A stretch of 64,000 nucleotides of DNA from Candidatus Bipolaricaulota bacterium (GTDB lineage: Bacteria; Bipolaricaulota; Bipolaricaulia; RBG-16-55-9; DRXL01). The DNA lies in assembly GCA_025061735.1 (NCBI GenBank), contig JANXAU010000044.1, positions 13,933 to 77,932 on the forward strand, written 5' to 3'. The notes beneath the pieces are model-generated. The model was not told the origin of the DNA. It made no database searches and worked only from the letters and a program-made list of their open reading frames with translations. Below, piece by piece: positions 1 through 6,365 of this stretch (its first letter is position 1; every line of letters begins with the position of its first letter). A program made the position numbers and the translations under genes.

Positions 1-244
1 TTTTCACGTGATATTTCCTGCAAAAACGCACGCGTGTATCCGGCTTGCGGCCACGTCTGTATGGCTGGTAGGGGTCTGTTAAGGGTCGGTCGTTGCCAAG
101 CCAATCGAGAAGGTCTGAGAAGGCCGTCTCATAGACTTCGAGGGTCTTGCGAGAGCGTCCTTCGATCCGAGCATAAAGCTGAAAGGCGTCCATAGCCTCG
201 GTGAGGGTCTCGAACGTCCGGCGGATGGGGGTCTGGGTAAGCAT
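1..244 (-). CDS. tyrosine recombinase/phage-integrase family protein, N-terminal SAM-like domain only; the gene continues past the left edge
   Basis: Minus-strand frame from ATG (cat at 242-244) translates MLTQTPIRRTFETLTEAMDAFQLYARIEGRSRKTLEVYETAFSDLLDWLGNDRPL..., which fits the integrase N-terminal domain pattern (AF..YL...G.S..T...Y...L..F..WL). There is no stop before position 1 and it lies next to a tRNA gene. Confidence 0.45.
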   Translation of the reverse strand, partial: MLTQTPIRRTFETLTEAMDAFQLYARIEGRSRKTLEVYETAFSDLLDWLGNDRPLTDPYQPYRRGRKPDTRVRFCRKYHVK

Positions 245-337
245 AGAAGTCGGTCGAAAAAAGACCGTCGGCCTCCTTTCGTTTTCCGGCTCAGGCGGCC
301 TTGGGGAGCCAGAGAGGGCCGTGAGGGGGTTTCTCTT

Positions 338-366
338 TTGACAAGCGGCTCTTGGGCTGGTAGAAT
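338..366 (+). promoter_or_regulatory. sigma70-type promoter for tRNA-Arg (TTGACA-17-TAGAAT)
   Basis: ttgaca at 338-343 and tagaat at 361-366 with 17-nt spacing; the tRNA 5' end lies 13 nt downstream. Confidence 0.6.
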
Positions 367-378
367 AGCTTAAGCTGT

Positions 379-455
379 GCGCCCGTAGCTCAGGGGATCA
401 GAGCGCTGGCCTGCGGAGCCAGAGGTCGGAGGTTCAAGTCCTCCCGGGCGTACCA
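379..455 (+). tRNA. tRNA-Arg; the anticodon loop CU-GCG-GA reads as anticodon GCG, with CCA encoded
   Basis: Manual cloverleaf: acceptor gcgcccg/cgggcgt, D-stem gctc/gagc, anticodon stem ctggc/gccag, T-arm ggagg-ttcaagt-cctcc, A20 in the D-loop, discriminator A, 3' CCA. Confidence 0.8.
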
Positions 456-465
456 AAACGCTTTC

Positions 466-1422
466 ATGATCTTCCATATTCGCGAATTCACTGCCGACGA
501 TTACACGGCTATCGCCGAGATCGGCAACGCGATCTACCCCGACTATCGCTCCAGCGCCGACGAGATCCGCTACGACGACGAGCACTTCGATAAAAAATAT
601 CTCTTCAAACGCTATGTCGCCGAAATACAGAATCGGGTCGCGGGCTACGCGGAATATCATCACATGCCCGGCATGTTCCATCCCCAGAAGTTCTGGGTTT
701 ATGTCGGCGTCCATCCCAGCTTTCAAAAACGGGGCATCGGTCGGGCGCTCTACGAGAAGATCGAGACCGATCTGCGCGCGCTCAACGCCGTGCGCATCTT
801 CACCAACACTCGCGAAGATTACCCGCGCAGCTTAGCGTTCTTGCAGAGAAACGGCTTTGCGGAAACCCAACGCTCTTGGGAGTCGCGCTTGAATGTACAC
901 ACATTCGATCTCTCCAAGTTCGCGCACTATCTCGAAAGATTCTCGGCTCACGGTTTGACGATCTCCACGCTCGCGCAAGAACGCCAGCGCGATCCCGATT
1001 CTCTCAAGAAGCTGCACGAACTCTTTGTTCTCATTATGGAAGACGTGCCCCACCCCGATCAGTACACGCCCGTTGATTTTGAACACTTTCTGCGCTACAG
1101 CATCGAGCACCCTGACACCATCGCTGATGGCTACTTCATCGCCAAGGACGGCGAACAGTATATCGGGCTGAGCAACCTCCGACGCAGCCAAGGCGAGCCA
1201 AAAGATTTATATCAAGGGCTGACGGGCGTGCGCCGCGAGTATCGCAACAAGGGCATCGCGATAGCGCTCAAGCTCAAGACGGTTGAATACGCGCGCGCAC
1301 ACGGGTACGAAGTCATCAAGACATGGAACGACAGTACAAATGTGGGAATGCTAGCGATCAATGAGAAGCTGGGCTTTGTGCGCCAACCGGCGTGGATCAC
1401 GTTCGCGAAGGAGTTCGCATGA
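466..1422 (+). CDS. GNAT-family N-acetyltransferase with two tandem GNAT domains
   Basis: 318-aa ORF with acetyl-CoA-binding motifs QKRGIGRALY and REYRNKGIAIAL in its two halves; the stop overlaps the next start as ATGA. Confidence 0.8.
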   Translation: MIFHIREFTADDYTAIAEIGNAIYPDYRSSADEIRYDDEHFDKKYLFKRYVAEIQNRVAGYAEYHHMPGMFHPQKFWVYVGVHPSFQKRGIGRALYEKIETDLRALNAVRIFTNTREDYPRSLAFLQRNGFAETQRSWESRLNVHTFDLSKFAHYLERFSAHGLTISTLAQERQRDPDSLKKLHELFVLIMEDVPHPDQYTPVDFEHFLRYSIEHPDTIADGYFIAKDGEQYIGLSNLRRSQGEPKDLYQGLTGVRREYRNKGIAIALKLKTVEYARAHGYEVIKTWNDSTNVGMLAINEKLGFVRQPAWITFAKEFA

Positions 1423-2564
1423 CGACGCTGCCGGTGCTAGAACTGGAGGGCACGCCCTACGAGCAAGGGCTGGCGCACGGTCGGCTCGCGTGCGAGCGGA
1501 TCGCGCAAAATTTAGAGATTTATTTCTATCGCTTCGAGCGCGAGACAAAACTTCAAAAATCTGAAGTCTTGCGCCGTGCGGGGTTGTATCTGGATGTGAT
1601 CGAGAGGCTCACGCCCTCCTACGCCGAAGCGATGCGCGGCGTTGCCGAAGGCGCTCACAGAGAGCTGTTGGAGATCGCGGCGCTCAACGCGCGCTACGAG
1701 CTGATTTACAGCGAAGTGACGAGACAGGCCCTCACCCCGCCCTACGGGCACCCCTCTCCCGTAGGTCACTACGGGAGAGGGGCTGGGGGTGAGGGCCACG
1801 ACGGCTGCACCAGCTTCGCCCTCTTGCCCACTAAGACTGCTCATGGGCACTTACTCTTGGCCGAAAACTGGGACTGGATTCCCAACGTGCAGGGCTTGGT
1901 ATTAAAAGTGCGTGAGCCGGGAGTGCCGCAGATTCTCTGCTTTACCGAGGCGGGGATCGTTGGGGGCAAGATCGGCTTGAACTCTTCGGGCTTGGGGCTT
2001 GCGATCAACGGGCTGCACTCCGAGCATGACAACTGGGCACGGCTCTCAAAGCCCTTTCATGTGCGGTGCTGGGAGATTTTAAGATGCTCTGAGTTTGAGC
2101 AAGCCGTGCGCGTCGTCACCGAAGGCGAGCGCAGCGTCTCGGCGAATTTTCTCATCGTCCAAGCGCCCGACAGAGCGATGGACTTAGAGACCGCACCGAC
2201 GGGCGTCAATAAGATTTTTCCCAAGGACGGCTGGCTCGCGCACACGAATCACTTTCTCGATCTGCAAGCTGTGGGTCTGACGCGCCGTCTTCAGACCTCC
2301 AAGCGCCCCAGCACCGAGCAGCGACTCGCTCGCGTTCAGCATCTCTTGAGCACCAGCTCTCGGATTTCTCAAGAGCGTGCGATAGAGATCTTGCGCGATC
2401 ACGACGATTTCCCCTACTCGCTCTGTCGCCATCCCGACGAGAGTTTTCCGCCAGAAGAGCGCTACGCCAGTGTTGTCTCGGTCGTGATGGACCTTCACGA
2501 GAAGACCCTTTTGATCGCGAGTGGGCCGCCGTGCCGGCATGAGTACCGAGTTTTGCGCATGTGA
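1419..2564 (+). CDS. peptidase C45 / acyl-CoA:6-aminopenicillanic acid acyltransferase-like Ntn hydrolase
   Basis: GAAGGAG Shine-Dalgarno then ATG at 1419. Gly-Cys autoprocessing site (…EGHDG/CTSFALLP) and overall AAT-family similarity. A repeat-derived segment sits just before the nucleophile Cys. Confidence 0.7.
   Translation: MTTLPVLELEGTPYEQGLAHGRLACERIAQNLEIYFYRFERETKLQKSEVLRRAGLYLDVIERLTPSYAEAMRGVAEGAHRELLEIAALNARYELIYSEVTRQALTPPYGHPSPVGHYGRGAGGEGHDGCTSFALLPTKTAHGHLLLAENWDWIPNVQGLVLKVREPGVPQILCFTEAGIVGGKIGLNSSGLGLAINGLHSEHDNWARLSKPFHVRCWEILRCSEFEQAVRVVTEGERSVSANFLIVQAPDRAMDLETAPTGVNKIFPKDGWLAHTNHFLDLQAVGLTRRLQTSKRPSTEQRLARVQHLLSTSSRISQERAIEILRDHDDFPYSLCRHPDESFPPEERYASVVSVVMDLHEKTLLIASGPPCRHEYRVLRM
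1751..1795 (+). repeat. GC-rich hairpin repeat, copy 1 (cccctctccc-loop-gggagagggg-ctg-ggggtgaggg), in frame inside the C45 gene
   Basis: Inverted repeat ccctctccc/gggagaggg followed by ctg and gggtgaggg; the same architecture occurs at 16805-16845 and, reversed, at 46621-46657. Confidence 0.7.
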
Positions 2565-2579
2565 AAGTTTGTACCCGCT

Positions 2580-3029
2580 TCACCCTTGCACTTCTGAGGT
2601 ACAATAAGGGCAGCGCGTCGCCCGGATCGAGATGACCGAGAAGCAATAGGGGCACTCTTTTGTTGTCGGTGCTGCAGGCGCCGGCTCAGGTTGTCGTCTT
2701 AGACGATTGACCTGCCGAATCACTAAAAAGACCGCAAACGTGACGATTACGAAGTCGAGCACCGTATTCAGAAAGACCCCGTAGTTAATCGTGGGAGCAC
2801 CTGCGGCTTTGGCTTCTGTCAGGGACCTATAAGTCTGCCCAGAAAGATCGATGAACAGATTCGAGAAATCCACCCGACCCAAGAGCAACCCGATAGGAGG
2901 CATCAGAATATCATTGACGAACGAGCTGACGATCTTGCCGAAGGCCGCACCGATAATGATCCCCACGGCCATGTCCAGCACGTTGCCGCGCATCGCAAAC
3001 TCTTTGAACTCTTTGAGCATCTGGCTCAC
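2580..3029 (-). CDS. mscL: large-conductance mechanosensitive channel MscL with a C-terminal CxxC-x13-CxxC zinc-ribbon tail
   Basis: The N-terminal 100 aa align closely with E. coli MscL ([28 protein letters not shown]...MPP.GLL). The C-terminus [23 protein letters not shown] replaces the usual helical bundle. Confidence 0.85.
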   Translation of the reverse strand: MSQMLKEFKEFAMRGNVLDMAVGIIIGAAFGKIVSSFVNDILMPPIGLLLGRVDFSNLFIDLSGQTYRSLTEAKAAGAPTINYGVFLNTVLDFVIVTFAVFLVIRQVNRLRRQPEPAPAAPTTKECPYCFSVISIRATRCPYCTSEVQG

Positions 3030-3616
3030 CTCGTTTGATGGAGTGCTTGCTGGGCTTTTTGGACAGATTCTTCAAAGATGGCTTGTACGTCGTGAGTGTC
3101 CACTAAGGGGGAGAAGTCACGCAGCCACTGGCGGATATAAGCGAGATCCAGCTTGAGCTGCTGACGAATCAAAATATTTTCTATGTCTTCACGATCTCGC
3201 GCTCGGCCCGCTACGCACTTATGAATGATCAAGTCTTCCGCGCTGATGAGACGGATGGCCGGCAACCCTGAAAGAGAAACAGATATCGCTCTGCGCATGA
3301 CCTCTTCTTCGTAGCCGGGGATGCCCAGCGAGATATCCACCGGTACTCCGTGTTGGGTCTCTACTAAAAGGACACGATGACGACGAGCGAAGTCTAAAGC
3401 ATCCGGCAGTCGCGGGCGAAATCGCGCTAAAATTTCTGCAAAGAAGCGCTCTTGCTGCTCTTGAGGGACCAAGACAGTGACATCTACATCACGAGTCGTA
3501 CGTGGCTCCCCCCAGTATTGCACGGCCAAGCCGCCGAGCAGAACGTAAGCGATGCCCTGCTGTTCGAGAAACTCAGCGATCTCAGCCGCTGCTTGCAACG
3601 GAGTCATTACGATCAT
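3026..3616 (-). CDS. nucleotidyltransferase-fold protein (pol-beta superfamily; GG…DVDV motif)
   Basis: [23 protein letters not shown] matches the hG[GS]-x9-13-DxD NTase signature, and a C-terminal [18 protein letters not shown] helix is present. It overlaps the upstream small ORF by 4 nt. Confidence 0.6.
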   Translation of the reverse strand: MIVMTPLQAAAEIAEFLEQQGIAYVLLGGLAVQYWGEPRTTRDVDVTVLVPQEQQERFFAEILARFRPRLPDALDFARRHRVLLVETQHGVPVDISLGIPGYEEEVMRRAISVSLSGLPAIRLISAEDLIIHKCVAGRARDREDIENILIRQQLKLDLAYIRQWLRDFSPLVDTHDVQAIFEESVQKAQQALHQTR

Positions 3617-3828
3617 CGAGCAAGCGCTCGGCGCATGGCCAGTAGCACGGGCGACGGTTGCATTCTATGCGTATCCTTCGGGTATGGCAGGGTCAGATAG
3701 AGGGTGAGCGCTTGCTCAGGGCTGAGATTCAGCAAGAAGTGAACACGCTCTTCTTCGATTCTTTGCGCAGCAGCTTGCTGATCTTCGAGCCAGCGAGTGA
3801 CAAGGGTTCTATCTAGCTTGGTTGCCAT
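3613..3828 (-). CDS. small hypothetical protein (71 aa) co-transcribed with the nucleotidyltransferase; possible antitoxin or partner
   Basis: The ORF sits immediately downstream of a consensus promoter and overlaps the next gene's start by 4 nt. It has no recognisable domain. Confidence 0.4.
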   Translation of the reverse strand: MATKLDRTLVTRWLEDQQAAAQRIEEERVHFLLNLSPEQALTLYLTLPYPKDTHRMQPSPVLLAMRRALAR

Positions 3829-3839
3829 AACGCATATTT

Positions 3840-3869
3840 ATTATAGATATGATGGGGCTTAGAAGTCAA
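3840..3869 (-). promoter_or_regulatory. near-consensus sigma70 promoter (TTGACT-18-TATAAT) driving the small-ORF/NTase pair with an ~5-nt leader
   Basis: Reverse complement of 3864-3869 is TTGACT and of 3840-3845 is TATAAT; the ATG lies 11 nt after the -10 box, in an AT-rich segment. Confidence 0.55.
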
Positions 3870-3951
3870 GAGATTTGCTGTTGTCAAAAGCCCGGGCTCC
3901 TATGCAACAAAAACTCTGGCGCTGGAGCGCCGTGAGTGCTATACTCTTTCT

Positions 3952-4710
3952 GTGCCCATAGAACTCTTCGCCCTCGTAGCGCTGCTGGCCTTCTTGGCCG
4001 AGTATATCGATTCGTCGCTCGGCATGGGCTACGGCACCACGCTCAGCCCCCTGCTCTTGCTCCTGGGCTTCAGCCCCATCGAAGTGGTCCCCATCGTCTT
4101 GCTCTCCGAATGCATCACCGGGATCGTCGCGGCTCGCTTTCATCATACCTATCAGAACGTCAGCTTCCGGCGCGACTCCCTTGATTTCAAAGTCGCGTTG
4201 GTGCTTGGACTCATCGGCATCGCCGGAGCTGTCGTTGCGGTCACCCTCGCGCTGCGCCTGCCCGATCTCTGGGTCAAGCTCTACATCGGATTGCTCGTCT
4301 TGGGTATGGGCGTACTGATTCTCTTCACGCGCACGTACAGCGACGGCTTCTCGTGGGGGCGTCTTGTGGCTATTGGATTCTTAAGTTCGTTCAACAAGGG
4401 GCTGACCGGGGGCGGCTACGGCCCGCTCATCACCACCGGGCAGATCTTTGCCGGGCTGAATCCCAAAGCCGCCGTGGGGATCACCAGCTTGGCCGAAGGG
4501 GTGGTCTCCTTCGTTGGAGTGGGGGCTTATGTCTTACTGGCGAAAGAGCTCAACTGGGCGTTGGCGATCCCCGTCTTGCTCGGCGCGCTCGCGTCGGCTC
4601 CTCTGGCCGCTCTCACCGTGCAGAGACTGCGTTCTCTTCATCTGAAGCGTTTGATCGGGCTCTTAGCTATTGCGATTGGGCTGCTCACGCTGGCGCGTCT
4701 TCTCTTATGA
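3952..4710 (+). CDS. sulfite exporter TauE/SafE (TSUP family) membrane protein
   Basis: GTG start; multi-helix hydrophobic protein with the DUF81/TauE internal repeat organisation (…GYGTTLSPLLLLLG… / …GGGYGPLITTG…). Confidence 0.75.
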   Translation: MPIELFALVALLAFLAEYIDSSLGMGYGTTLSPLLLLLGFSPIEVVPIVLLSECITGIVAARFHHTYQNVSFRRDSLDFKVALVLGLIGIAGAVVAVTLALRLPDLWVKLYIGLLVLGMGVLILFTRTYSDGFSWGRLVAIGFLSSFNKGLTGGGYGPLITTGQIFAGLNPKAAVGITSLAEGVVSFVGVGAYVLLAKELNWALAIPVLLGALASAPLAALTVQRLRSLHLKRLIGLLAIAIGLLTLARLLL

Positions 4711-5261
4711 AGCGATTGGCTCTTCTCTATCTGATCGTGGGGACGCTCTTTATCGCGACCTTGGGGGTGCTCTGGTGGCGCGTGACGCAGGTCACGCAAG
4801 CGCCCGCGACCTCGCTCCTGACCGTCACCGTTCCCGTCTATCGTCACGCCCCGGCATTTGATCTGCCCTTGCTTGATGGCTCGACGCTCACGCTGACCCA
4901 GCTGCGCGGGCGCAAAGCGATCCTGAACTTCTGGGCCAGCTGGTGCGGCCCCTGCAGAGCCGAGATGCCCCATCTAGAAAGCCTCTACCAGCGCTACAAA
5001 GAGAGGCTGCTCGTCGTGGGGATCAACATCGCCGAGGAGTCGGAAACCGTCCGAAGATTTCTCGAGAGGGTACGCGTTACTTATCCCGTGCTCTTAGATG
5101 CCCAAGGCCGAGTCGCGCGCGCCTATGGCGTCATTGCTCAGCCAGCGACCTACTGGATAGACGAGCGCGGCCAGATCATCTACAGAAAATTCGGGGCCTA
5201 CTCTCCTTCAGAATTAGAAGATATAGCCCGTGCGTTTCTAGCGCTCCCCCCAGCGCCCTAG
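4707..5261 (+). CDS. TlpA/ResA-like thiol-disulfide oxidoreductase (thioredoxin fold, membrane anchored)
   Basis: N-terminal transmembrane helix and a WASWCGPCRAEMP active site. Its ATG overlaps the tauE stop as ATGA. The longer ORF-track version (4353) is an out-of-frame overlap artefact. Confidence 0.8.
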   Translation: MKRLALLYLIVGTLFIATLGVLWWRVTQVTQAPATSLLTVTVPVYRHAPAFDLPLLDGSTLTLTQLRGRKAILNFWASWCGPCRAEMPHLESLYQRYKERLLVVGINIAEESETVRRFLERVRVTYPVLLDAQGRVARAYGVIAQPATYWIDERGQIIYRKFGAYSPSELEDIARAFLALPPAP

Positions 5262-5289
5262 CTTGGTCGCTCGTCGCTGACCGTTGTCC

Positions 5290-5318
5290 TTGAGGGGCGT
5301 GCAGAAGGGTGCTAGAAT
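5290..5318 (+). promoter_or_regulatory. promoter of the mre11 operon (TTGAGG-17-TAGAAT), near-leaderless
   Basis: ttgagg at 5290-5295 and tagaat at 5313-5318; the ATG at 5328 lies only 9 nt past the -10 box. Confidence 0.5.
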
Positions 5319-5327
5319 GAACCGAGC

Positions 5328-6365
5328 ATGGCGCGCATCTTGCACACAGGAGACACCCACATTGGCTTTCGCCAATACGGCCTAGAAGAGCGCCGCGAGG
5401 ACTTCGCCAAGGCGTTCTTGCAGGTCGTACACTTGGCCATAGAAGAGCGAGTCGATGCCGTCATCCACGCCGGGGATCTCTTTGAGGATCGCCTCCCCGG
5501 TGCAGAGGACCTCCAAGCGACCCTGCAAGGGCTGTTCCAGCTCAAAAACGCTCATATTAAGTTTCTGGGGATCGTGGGCAATCACGAGCAGCGCCGCGGC
5601 GTCCAATGGCTCGATCTCTTCGCTAGCTTAGATTTAGCGGTGCATCTGACGCTCCAGCCCTACGATCTGAAGGGCATCCCCATCTATGGGCTGGACTTTG
5701 CGGGGCGGCGCGAGCTGGAGCCGCCTCGCTGCGACGGCGGCGTCTTGGTCTGCCATCAGTTGCTCGACAGGGTCGAACCCGACGGCGAGCTCTCCCTCAA
5801 GAAGCTCTTGAACTGCGGCGCCAAAACGGTCTTGCTGGGCGATTTTCACGAGCGCCAGGTCTGGTACGAGAAGGGCGTTCTCGTCACTTACTGTGGGAGC
5901 ACCGAGCGCTGGGCCATAGACGAACAGAGAAGGCGCAGCGTCAACCTGATTGACCTGAAGACCAATCGCATCGATCACCGCGATCTGAAGACCAGAGAGT
6001 TTCTCTATATCGGCGTTGACGAAGACCCCATTCAAAGGCTGAAGAACGCAGACGTAGAAGAGAAGGTCGTCGTGATCTATCTGAAGGGCGGGAGGGTGAC
6101 GGTGGCGGAGCTGGAGGAGCTGGGGCGCCAGCGCGGCGCGCTGGCCGTGCGCGTGCGCGATTTGCGCGAAGGGGAGAGCGAGATGGAGCACCAACCCGAT
6201 GTGCAGATGGACTACGGGGACGTAGAGCACGCGATCTCCGAGGCCCTAGCGCGGCGCGCCCTCTCCCCGCTCGCCCGTGAGATGGATCAGATCATCCGAG
6301 ATTTTCGTATTCCCGACTCCAACATAGATGGAGAAGTCACCGCTCTCTTGGAGGGACGACGCTAA
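5328..6365 (+). CDS. mre11: Mre11/SbcD-family DNA repair nuclease (calcineurin-like phosphoesterase)
   Basis: N-terminal HTGDTHIG, then AGDLFE and GNHE metal-binding motifs; its stop overlaps the rad50 ATG. Confidence 0.85.
   Translation: MARILHTGDTHIGFRQYGLEERREDFAKAFLQVVHLAIEERVDAVIHAGDLFEDRLPGAEDLQATLQGLFQLKNAHIKFLGIVGNHEQRRGVQWLDLFASLDLAVHLTLQPYDLKGIPIYGLDFAGRRELEPPRCDGGVLVCHQLLDRVEPDGELSLKKLLNCGAKTVLLGDFHERQVWYEKGVLVTYCGSTERWAIDEQRRRSVNLIDLKTNRIDHRDLKTREFLYIGVDEDPIQRLKNADVEEKVVVIYLKGGRVTVAELEELGRQRGALAVRVRDLREGESEMEHQPDVQMDYGDVEHAISEALARRALSPLAREMDQIIRDFRIPDSNIDGEVTALLEGRR

Noticed and set aside
4353-5261. ORF-track N-terminal extensions: 4353 (TlpA), 1392 (C45), 21411 (SDR), 22321..23058 (SpoU), 22896..23450 (Jag), 37488..38207 (cNMP protein), 40478..43129 (VWA) and 60592..61452 (Crp).
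   Set aside because: The extensions overlap upstream genes out of frame or are Arg/Ala-rich low-complexity. Internal Met or Val codons coincide with Shine-Dalgarno motifs, ATGA overlaps or the conserved family N-termini, so the starts were trimmed.
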